Assembly (NCBI GenBank): GCA_001593855.1 | Contig: LUCC01000002.1 | Location: forward strand, 1-33,854 | Reading direction: 5' to 3' | Length of the DNA: 33,854 nt | From: Candidatus Hecatellales archaeon B24 | GTDB taxonomy: Archaea; Thermoproteota; Bathyarchaeia; Hecatellales; Hecatellaceae | In this document: positions 26,669 to 33,854 of the stretch, piece by piece | Layout: every line of letters begins with the position of its first letter | Numbering within the stretch: the stretch's first letter is position 1 | Made by a program: the position numbers and the translations under genes | The notes under the pieces: generated by a model | Told to the model about the DNA's origin: nothing | Databases searched by the model: none | What the model saw: only the letters and a program-made list of their open reading frames with translations

Positions 26669-28114
26669 ATGGGTGAAAATAGAATCGTGCTGAACAGGAT
26701 ACTGGACACCACGCTTAGGGAAGGAGAGCAAGCTCCCAGCGTGTACTTTAGACCAGACGAGAAATGCACCATAGCCGAAATGCTCTACCAAGTTCTCGGG
26801 CGGAAAGGTCTGATAGAGGTAGGGCAGCCCTACAGCCCTAAGTACCGGGAAGGCGTGGAAGCCGTGGTGAAATACTTCAAGGAGAAAGGCTACGAGCTTG
26901 GAAAGCTACTGGCACACTGCAGAACGCTTAAGGAAGACGTGGAAATAGCCCACCAATGTGAAACCGGAGGCATAGTGGTCTTTATGGCTCCCTCAGACAA
27001 GCATCTCCAAGCCAAGTTTGGAGGAAAAATCTCCTATGAAAGGGCTCTGCAGATGATAGGGGAGTCCATAGAATTCGCCAAGCGTGATTTAGGCTTCCAG
27101 ATGGTTCAGTACACTCTGGAAGATGCCACCAGCGTACCCATAGAAAAACTCATAGAAGTTTCAAGAGTGGCTGAGGAGGCTGGAGTGGACGTAGTTAGAA
27201 TACCTGACACCAAAGGGCAGGCTGAGCCTAAAAGCTTTGGGGAAACCATCCGGGAATTAACCTCTAACGTGAAGGCGGCTGTGGACGTTCACTGCCATAA
27301 CGACAGGGGACTGTCCATAGCTAACAGCATAGCAGGACTTCAAAACGGTGCCACAGGAGTTCACGTCACAGTTATGGGGATAGGTGAAAGATGTGGCATA
27401 GCCGACCTGGCAACGCTGGCAGACGACCTTGAAAGCTTTTACGGGGTTGAAACAGGAGTAAACTTCAAGAGGATACCCCGCCTCTACCGTTACGTGGCCG
27501 CAGCCTCAGGAGTTGTCATACCTCCAACCTTCCCCATCCTCGGCAAGTTCGCCAGAATCCATAAGGCTGGAATCCATCAGAAAGCTGTTCTGAAGGACCC
27601 CTCAACCTATGAAACCATAGACTGGACACGGTACGGGCTTGAAAGAGAATTCGAGTTTGGAGCCATGCAGACAGGCGACCTAGTAGACCACCTGCTTCGA
27701 GGCGTAGAAGTGCCAGATGAAGTTAAAAAATCCGTCATAGAGGAGATTAGGGAAATCTCCATAACCAAGGGCAGACCTCTCAAGAGGGCTGAAGTTAAAA
27801 GGCTTATAGAAAAACGGATGGGAGTAAGCCTTGCCGACAGGATTACAGCTGGAGAGGAAGTTGACGCCTTAATCTTCCTGAAGGTTAAACCTGCCTGCGA
27901 CGAGCTTACCTTAATCAAAAACATACGCCAGAGGTTTCTGAAATACGGCTTCCCCGTTGTCATCAGGGATATAGCCGGCGGATGGGACTTCGTAATAGAC
28001 GTAAGAAACGTAACGAACCCTGCCATCTTAGACAAGATAACAGGCGAAATAAGAAAGGAAAACAGCGACATAATTGAGACAAGCACCTCGCTAGTTTTCG
28101 ACGAATACAAGTAG
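26669..28114 (+). CDS. DRE-TIM acyltransferase, homocitrate-synthase-like, with C-terminal RAM domain
   Basis: ILDTTLREGEQ, PDT.G, HCHNDRGL..AN, GIGERCGI, HKAGIH...V..DP.TYE; last ~85 aa resemble an Lrp/AsnC ligand-binding fold (IFLKVKP...IAGGWDFVIDV...IR......ETSTSLV). Confidence 0.8.
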   Translation: MGENRIVLNRILDTTLREGEQAPSVYFRPDEKCTIAEMLYQVLGRKGLIEVGQPYSPKYREGVEAVVKYFKEKGYELGKLLAHCRTLKEDVEIAHQCETGGIVVFMAPSDKHLQAKFGGKISYERALQMIGESIEFAKRDLGFQMVQYTLEDATSVPIEKLIEVSRVAEEAGVDVVRIPDTKGQAEPKSFGETIRELTSNVKAAVDVHCHNDRGLSIANSIAGLQNGATGVHVTVMGIGERCGIADLATLADDLESFYGVETGVNFKRIPRLYRYVAAASGVVIPPTFPILGKFARIHKAGIHQKAVLKDPSTYETIDWTRYGLEREFEFGAMQTGDLVDHLLRGVEVPDEVKKSVIEEIREISITKGRPLKRAEVKRLIEKRMGVSLADRITAGEEVDALIFLKVKPACDELTLIKNIRQRFLKYGFPVVIRDIAGGWDFVIDVRNVTNPAILDKITGEIRKENSDIIETSTSLVFDEYK

Positions 28115-28142
28115 ACTTATTTAAAGATGCAAAACACAAACC

Positions 28143-28150
28143 TTTTTATA
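28143..28150 (+). promoter_or_regulatory. TATA box (TTTTTATA) about 160 nt upstream of trkA
   Basis: AT-rich TATA consensus preceded by A-rich sequence; would place the TSS near 28170. Confidence 0.5.
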
Positions 28151-28168
28151 TTACTCCCTTCAACATAC

Positions 28169-28218
28169 AAGACGAAACTGAAGGTGCAGACATAAGCTAT
28201 GAGCCATAATGCCTCTGA
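28169..28218 (+). ncRNA. Candidate box C/D guide sRNA
   Basis: AAGACGA(C) - 11 nt - CAGA(D') - 4 nt - AGCTATGA(C'-like) - 12 nt - CTGA(D); 50 nt; begins at the predicted TSS; boxes C and C' are degenerate. Confidence 0.35.
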
Positions 28219-28308
28219 GGTTTCATCCCGCCGGTCGGGATGGAAGGGAGGTTGGAACTGCTTTTCTAAACAATTTACCCTGCTGGAAGGAGTGGTGGCT
28301 GAACCCCC

Positions 28309-28962
28309 TTGTATGCTGTAATTGTCGGTTTAAGCGGGGTAGGGCAAAGTCTTGCTAAAACCCTGATAGAAAGAGGCTACGATGTGGCTATAATAGATAA
28401 AAACCATGAACGCTGCGAAAAATTCTCCTCCGAATACGACGCCCTCGTAATATGTGGAGACGCTGTGGAAAAGGACACGCTTAGAGACGCTGGAATAGAG
28501 AAGGCTGACGCCCTTGTGGCTGCCACCGGAGATGACTCCGTAAACCTGATGATAGTATCCATGGCCAAAGAGTTCGGAGCTAGAAACGTGGTAGCCGTGG
28601 TTAGAAACCCCGAGCACATCGGACTTTTCAAGAAAAGCGGGGTCAGAGTTATAGTTCCAGACGAGGTTGTAGCTGAACACCTGTACCAGCACCTGTACAG
28701 GGTTAAAGACTTCCTCGTCCTCGGTGAAAACCAAGCGGAAATCTTCGTTGTCAGGGTTGAAAATGGCTCGGGGAAGCCGCTGAAGAAGATAGGAATACCT
28801 AACGGAAGCTCTATCATAGGCATCTACAGGGATGGAAAGCTTAACATAACCCTGCCATCAGACATGATTTTGAGAAGCGGAGACGAGCTACTGGTATACA
28901 CGATTAAGCCTAAACCTGAAAGCATACGGAAGGTTGTAGAAGCCTTCGCCGGGAAAATCTAA
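28309..28962 (+). CDS. trkA: TrkA/KtrA-type potassium uptake regulatory subunit (RCK_N + RCK_C)
   Basis: VIVGLSGVG..LA..L...G.DV.IID, GDA.....L.DAGIEKADALVAATGDD.VN, IIGIYRDG....P......SGDEL. Confidence 0.9.
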   Translation: MYAVIVGLSGVGQSLAKTLIERGYDVAIIDKNHERCEKFSSEYDALVICGDAVEKDTLRDAGIEKADALVAATGDDSVNLMIVSMAKEFGARNVVAVVRNPEHIGLFKKSGVRVIVPDEVVAEHLYQHLYRVKDFLVLGENQAEIFVVRVENGSGKPLKKIGIPNGSSIIGIYRDGKLNITLPSDMILRSGDELLVYTIKPKPESIRKVVEAFAGKI

Positions 28963-28967
28963 AGCCT

Positions 28968-30437
28968 TTACACGCCAGCCCTCCTCTTCCTCAAAGCCTT
29001 AAGCCTAGAAAGCTCCCTCCAAGTGTAGGGGGACAGGAGGGCTAACACCGGGAAAACTTCAAGCCTCCCAGCCCACATGCCGAAGATTAACACAACCTTA
29101 ACAGGGTCTGAAAGGCTTTTAGAAACTGGAAGCAGGCAGGGTCCAACGTTTCCCTGAGCGGAGAGGGCGCCTGAGATGGCTGTCAGAGGGTTGAAGCCTC
29201 CCAGCAGGCTTATGAGCACGCCTTCTATGATTATCAGGATGAAGTAGGCTGACACGAAGCTCATCACCCTGAAAATTTCGTCTTCCCCCACCACGTGGTC
29301 TCCAATCTTGAAGGGTTTTATAGCTCTCTCAGGCAGTGCCGACTTGAAAAGCATGTAATGCACTGCCTTCACCAAAATAATTATCCTAATTATTTTTATG
29401 GCTCCGCCAGTCGAACCTAAGCCTCCTCCGATAAACATCAGAATGGTTAAAACCCAGGTGGCCAAGTTCGGGAAGCCGGCTACGTCAGTAAGCGTGTATC
29501 CTGTGGTGGTTAAAATCGAAGCCCCATGGAAAATCCCGTAGCGGAGGGCCTCCCAGAAATCTCCTGCCACCCCGTTAAAGAAGAGGTCTACGGCTATCAG
29601 AAGAGAGGCTACGGCTACTATCAGCAGGCAAGCTTTAAATTCAACACTTTTAAGAAGCATTCTCAGGCTTCTATGGGTTATAGCTCTAATGTAAACTATA
29701 AAGTTCGTAGCTCCCACCAGCATGAAAATCACCAAGATTATTTCGGCTGTGAGGTTTCCAAGCCCTCCAACGCTGGCGTTCCTGGTTGAAAATCCTCCCG
29801 TGGACATAACCGTGAAGGCGTGGGCCACCGCGTCGAAGGGGTCCAGCTTCGCTAGGAAAATCAGTGCTAGAATGCACACAGCCGTGTAGAGGAGGTAAAG
29901 CTTCCACATGTATCTTACGGTTTCCCTGGTGGTGGCTAAAGCCTTCTCCTCTCTGGCTTCAGCCCTGTAAAGCCTCCAGACGCCTATTCCACTGGGTGAA
30001 ATAAAGAGGAGGAAGAAGAGTATTATTCCTATTCCTCCAACCCACTGGGTTAGAGCTCTCCAGAAAAGCAGGCTTCTAGGCAGCACCTCCACGTCTTCTA
30101 TAACCGTCATACCCGTGGTTGTAAAGCCTGACATAGCCTCAAAGTAGGCGTCCACCGGATGCATTTTCGCAATGTAAAGGTAGGGCACTGCCCCTACGGC
30201 TGAAACTATAAGCCAGCCTACAGAGGAAATCATGAAGGCTTCGGTTAGGGTTACCTCGCCTATACCCCCCTTACGGTAGAGCAGAAAACCTAAAAGAATG
30301 ATGGCCACAGCGTAGAAAAGGAAGAAGCTGAACTCCGACTTTTCACCGTAAATCCATGCTACAACTGCGGGGAGAAGCAGGGTTACACCTGCAGCTCTAA
30401 TAACGTTCGCCAGCCCTGCGGAAACATTTTCAGTCAC
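28968..30437 (-). CDS. trkH: TrkH potassium uptake membrane subunit
   Basis: Multi-TM protein with four pore loops: FEAMSGFTTTG, MSTGGFS, LTTTGY, QGNVGP; also GSTGGAIK and MWAGRLE. Confidence 0.95.
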   Translation of the reverse strand: MTENVSAGLANVIRAAGVTLLLPAVVAWIYGEKSEFSFFLFYAVAIILLGFLLYRKGGIGEVTLTEAFMISSVGWLIVSAVGAVPYLYIAKMHPVDAYFEAMSGFTTTGMTVIEDVEVLPRSLLFWRALTQWVGGIGIILFFLLFISPSGIGVWRLYRAEAREEKALATTRETVRYMWKLYLLYTAVCILALIFLAKLDPFDAVAHAFTVMSTGGFSTRNASVGGLGNLTAEIILVIFMLVGATNFIVYIRAITHRSLRMLLKSVEFKACLLIVAVASLLIAVDLFFNGVAGDFWEALRYGIFHGASILTTTGYTLTDVAGFPNLATWVLTILMFIGGGLGSTGGAIKIIRIIILVKAVHYMLFKSALPERAIKPFKIGDHVVGEDEIFRVMSFVSAYFILIIIEGVLISLLGGFNPLTAISGALSAQGNVGPCLLPVSKSLSDPVKVVLIFGMWAGRLEVFPVLALLSPYTWRELSRLKALRKRRAGV

Positions 30438-30464
30438 AGGTGTACACCGTTCAGGGTTACGCCT

Positions 30465-32234
30465 TTAAGCTTCCGCCTCGATCTTCTTAAGCTGGCGCAG
30501 GTACATTTCTACTATTTCCTCGACGGTGGTAGCGTCTTCAGGAGCCTTATCCGTCCGGTAGCGTCCTGTGAACCTTGGAAACCTTATGGCTAAGCCGCTT
30601 CCAGCCCTAATCCTGTTCATGGCACAGGTGTGGATAGGACTTAAAGTTATTTCGGCTCCAACTATCTCCAGTACGACAGCTGGAACAAACCATACGTCGG
30701 CTTCAAGCTGAGATTCAACCCTTGCATGCCTGTGAGGTATAACGTTATCCTTGAAGAGCTTTGGAAGTTTCGCCAGGTCCTCGTCGGTGAAGCCTGTTCC
30801 AACCTTGCAGACCGTTTTGAAGAGGTCGCTTTTCTTGTCGTAGGCTGCCATGAGGAGAGCCCCGTAGGTTCCAGCCCGTTTGCCTCTTCCGTGGAAGGCT
30901 CCAACAGCCACTAGGTCCACGGTGTCGGTTAGAACGGACTTGTAGTCACGTTTATACTTTATCCAAAGCCATCCTCTGGCACCAGCCTGATAGACGGAGT
31001 CTGAGCCCATAGACTTCACCACTACCCCCTCACAGCCGTCTTCTATGGCTTTCTCAAAGAATTTTTCAAGCTCTTCGACGCTGCTGGCCACCATGGCCTG
31101 GGAGAGCTGAACCCTCTCAGAGCGTTTGATAGCCTTTTCAAGCTTCCTACGTCTCTGAGGCAGAGGTTTAAGCGTGTAGTCCTCTCCATCAGCGTATAGG
31201 AGGTCGAAGCAGAAGAGGGCTATGGGATACTGCTCCATGGCTTCTTCGATCCCGTACTTCCGCCTGCGGTGCATGAGTTCCTGGAAGGGAAGCATCTCCC
31301 CGCTGTCAGGGTTTATGGCAACCCCTTCAGCCTCCAAGATGACTTCGTCAGCCTTAACATGCTTCCTAGCAAGCTCGCAAACGTCGGGGTAGTGGTGGGT
31401 TATGTTCTCCAGCCTCCTCGAGAAGATCATCACCTCGCCGTTGGCCAGCTTATGGATTTGGAGGCGTTCACCGTCATATTTGTATTCCGCCAGCCCCTTC
31501 CCGCCTATTTTTGCCAGTATCTCCTCGGCGGAGGGAAGCCTTTCAGCCAGCATAGGCCTAATAGGCTTGCCAACGGTTACCTGGAAGCCTTTAACACCTT
31601 CAACCCCCCTTTCAGCCACAGCCTTAGCAACTCCACCTAGGTCTGAGGATAGATTGTAGGCTCTCTCAAGCATAGGCCTCAAATCCTTGGAGCCGCAGAA
31701 GGCTATGGCTAGGGCGTCCAGAATGGTCATGTCAGCTACTCCAAGCCTAAGCCTGCCTGTAACCGTTCTAACCAGGTATTTAGCCTCGTCTGGGGAGGCG
31801 TTGGAGAGAAGCCCTGAAAGTATTTTTATTTTTAGGTCTTGAGCTCCCTCCCCTGTGGCCCTAGCTATCCTGTCCAGTCCGTCGTAAACCTTCTCCACGG
31901 TTAGGGCTTCCTGGAAGAGGGTTGCCTGAGCCCGTTTACCCATGAATTTGGCTGCGGTTTCGCCTAGGTCGCCCAGCTCTTTAACCGTCCTGTCTACTTT
32001 AGGCTCGGAGACGCCGGCTGCCATGGCAACAGCCTTCACAGCGAGTTTTTCAGCTATTCCAAGCTCTATTCCCATGTAGTCAGGGTAAAGCTTCCCCTGC
32101 GTTAAATATACTACCTTGTCTACGAGTTCCACAGGGGTTTTCTTGAAAAGGTCTACCAGGTGGTCGGTTATCTCAAGCCTCTTAGTGGTTGAATCTATAC
32201 GCTGATAGGCTTCCACGAGCAGGGAGTAGTCCAA
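30465..32234 (-). CDS. lig: ATP-dependent DNA ligase
   Basis: PMLA, EYKYDGER.QIH (adenylated Lys), FSRRLE, FDLLY, EGVVVK, WIKYKRDY, IRFPRF...R.DK. Confidence 0.98.
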   Translation of the reverse strand: MDYSLLVEAYQRIDSTTKRLEITDHLVDLFKKTPVELVDKVVYLTQGKLYPDYMGIELGIAEKLAVKAVAMAAGVSEPKVDRTVKELGDLGETAAKFMGKRAQATLFQEALTVEKVYDGLDRIARATGEGAQDLKIKILSGLLSNASPDEAKYLVRTVTGRLRLGVADMTILDALAIAFCGSKDLRPMLERAYNLSSDLGGVAKAVAERGVEGVKGFQVTVGKPIRPMLAERLPSAEEILAKIGGKGLAEYKYDGERLQIHKLANGEVMIFSRRLENITHHYPDVCELARKHVKADEVILEAEGVAINPDSGEMLPFQELMHRRRKYGIEEAMEQYPIALFCFDLLYADGEDYTLKPLPQRRRKLEKAIKRSERVQLSQAMVASSVEELEKFFEKAIEDGCEGVVVKSMGSDSVYQAGARGWLWIKYKRDYKSVLTDTVDLVAVGAFHGRGKRAGTYGALLMAAYDKKSDLFKTVCKVGTGFTDEDLAKLPKLFKDNVIPHRHARVESQLEADVWFVPAVVLEIVGAEITLSPIHTCAMNRIRAGSGLAIRFPRFTGRYRTDKAPEDATTVEEIVEMYLRQLKKIEAEA

Positions 32235-32278
32235 CTGAGCCGTCTAACCCCCAGACAGCCCTCTAGCCGCTGGAAACC

Positions 32279-32800
32279 TTAAAACTTTTCCATGTGAAGG
32301 ATGCTTCGGAGGCTTCTCCTAGGCGTTTTCCCAGGTGTTTCACCGGGGTAACCAACCGGTATAATTGCCACAGGCCTGTATCTTTCAGGAATCTCAAGAA
32401 CAGCTTTTACCGCCTCCTCGTCGAAGGCTCCAACCCAGCATGTTCCAAGACCCAGCGAGCAGGCTGCCAAAAGCATGTTCTGGACAGCTGCAGCCGTATC
32501 TTGGAGGCAATAAAGGGTTTCTCCTCTAAGCCCGTAGGACCCTCGAGCCCTATCCAAATCCGCGCAGACAACTATTACAACGGGGGCTTCAGCTATGAAA
32601 GTCTGATGGAGGGCTGCCATGGACAGGCCTTCCTTAAGCTTCTGCTCTCTGACCACGATGAACTCCCATGGTTGAACGTTTCCGGCTGAGGGAGCCCACC
32701 GTCCTGCATCTAAAATTTTCATTAAAAACTCTTCTGGAAAGGGGTTAGGCTTGAAGCTTCTGACACTTCTCCTCCCATAGATGGCTTCAAACACTTCCAA
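32279..32800 (-). CDS. Nitroreductase family flavoprotein
   Basis: RRSVRSF, APSAGN.QPWEF, QNMLLAA..LGLGTCWVG, IPVGYP. Confidence 0.93.
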   Translation of the reverse strand: MEVFEAIYGRRSVRSFKPNPFPEEFLMKILDAGRWAPSAGNVQPWEFIVVREQKLKEGLSMAALHQTFIAEAPVVIVVCADLDRARGSYGLRGETLYCLQDTAAAVQNMLLAACSLGLGTCWVGAFDEEAVKAVLEIPERYRPVAIIPVGYPGETPGKTPRRSLRSILHMEKF

Positions 32801-32864
32801 AGCTTCCGCCTACTAAGGCTTAAAACTGTTATGGCAAATAAAATTATAGCGGTGGAAACCAGGC

Positions 32865-33854
32865 ATGACCGGAAGCTACGCTGGTAAAATACTTCAAGTC
32901 GACCTTTCAACCGGGAAAATAGAAGTTGAAGAGTTAGACCTCGAACTGGCCCACCAGTATGTTGGAGGCAGAGGCTTCGGCGTCAAAATTTTATACGACA
33001 ACCTTAAGGCTGGAGTTGACCCCTTAAGCCCGGAGAACCTTTTCATCCTGGCCGCGGGACCTCTAACAGGGACAACGGCTCCAGCCTCAGGAAGGCTTTC
33101 AGCCTCCTCTAAAAGCCCTCTAACCGGAACTGTTTTTGACTCAAACTGCGGTGGAAGCATAGGCCCAGAGCTTAAAAAAGCAGGCTTCGACATGGTTATA
33201 GTTCGGGGAAGAAGCCCTCACCCCGTCTACCTGTGGATTCATGATGGTGAAGCCGAGCTTAAAAACGCTGAAAGACTTTGGGGGGTCTTGGTCGATGAAG
33301 CGGATAGGGCTTTGAAGGCTGAGCTGGGAGACGGGGAAGTTAAAACATGCATCATCGGTCCTGCCGGAGAAAACCTTGTGAAGATGGCCTCCATCATGGT
33401 TGAAGGCCACAGAGCCTTTGGGAGAGGAGGCTTAGGCGCTGTTTTAGGCTCGAAAAACCTTAAGGCTGTGGCGGTTCGAGGCAGAGGAGCGCCTCCTCAG
33501 CCTGCAAACCCCCACGCCTTCAAGAAGGAGGTTAAGCTTGTACTGGACGTTTTAAGGCGCAACCCTGTGACAGGGGACAGCCTTGGCAGGTATGGAACTC
33601 CTCTGCTGGTCACGCCCGTGAACAAGGCTGGGGTTTTCCCCGTTAGAAACTTTCAGGAGGGCTTCCTGGAGGAAGCTGAGAAGCTCAGCGGAGAGCAGCT
33701 TTCAAAGGTTCTGCAGACTAGGCGTTACGCCTGTTACGGCTGTCCTATAGGCTGTGGCAGGCTTACAAGTCTTCCAGGTGGTAGGCTTACGGGAGGGCCT
33801 GAATACGAGACCATTTGGGCCTTAGGGCCTAACTGCGGCATCCTAGACCTTGAA
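32865..33854 (+). CDS. aor: Tungsten-dependent aldehyde:ferredoxin oxidoreductase family, 5' part (runs off window end)
   Basis: Not in the ORF track. ATG at 32865 gives MTGSYAGKILQVDLS...GGRGFG...DPLSPEN...GPLTGT...KSPLTG...SNCGG..GPELKKAGFD...IGPAGEN...GRGGLGAVLGSKNLKAV...CYGCPIGC...GPEYET. Confidence 0.94.
   Translation, partial: MTGSYAGKILQVDLSTGKIEVEELDLELAHQYVGGRGFGVKILYDNLKAGVDPLSPENLFILAAGPLTGTTAPASGRLSASSKSPLTGTVFDSNCGGSIGPELKKAGFDMVIVRGRSPHPVYLWIHDGEAELKNAERLWGVLVDEADRALKAELGDGEVKTCIIGPAGENLVKMASIMVEGHRAFGRGGLGAVLGSKNLKAVAVRGRGAPPQPANPHAFKKEVKLVLDVLRRNPVTGDSLGRYGTPLLVTPVNKAGVFPVRNFQEGFLEEAEKLSGEQLSKVLQTRRYACYGCPIGCGRLTSLPGGRLTGGPEYETIWALGPNCGILDLE

Noticed and set aside
28199-28321. 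40-codon ORF overlapping the trkA start
   Set aside because: No recognisable motif or RBS, and it overlaps the candidate sRNA and hairpin. Probably chance.
32894-33410. Two minus-strand ORFs at the window end
   Set aside because: Antisense to the AOR gene, which the ORF track missed because its stop lies outside the window.
1-33854. tRNA/rRNA genes, CRISPR arrays, IS elements, inteins
   Set aside because: All intergenic gaps are under 200 nt with no cloverleaf or spaced repeats. No transposase or integrase ORF was seen, and protein lengths leave no room for inteins.

Overview
Gene-dense window from a probably thermophilic TACK-type archaeon. The lineage (Bathyarchaeia-like) is inferred from gene content and not proven. 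About 35 CDS can be called. Translation and tRNA genes: srp19 (partial), rps8e, aIF2-gamma, kae1, bud32, pth2, aEF-1beta, truA. Replication, repair and proteostasis genes: cdc48, fen1, lig, pcm, tldD/tldE, an M24 peptidase. Also present are moaA/moaC/moaB, a partial aldehyde:ferredoxin oxidoreductase, a homocitrate-synthase-like enzyme with a RAM domain, trkA/trkH and a low-GC hicB-hicA pair. The standout feature is two co-oriented SMC-kleisin-KITE triplets 3 kb apart. One is a canonical smc-scpA-scpB (20462-25395). The other (14138-17440) is a translationally coupled triplet: a short SMC ATPase with Smc5/6-like motifs and no hinge or zinc hook, a divergent kleisin, and an Nse1/Nse3(MAGE)-like KITE. 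This second triplet is a candidate minimal archaeal Smc5/6-type complex. Smaller signals include nucleotide-identical patches between the two AAA modules of cdc48, a candidate box C/D sRNA upstream of trkA, a degenerate hinge glycine motif in the canonical Smc, and heavy TTG start-codon use. No tRNA, rRNA, CRISPR array or transposase was seen. All family calls come from motif recognition by eye; no searches were run.
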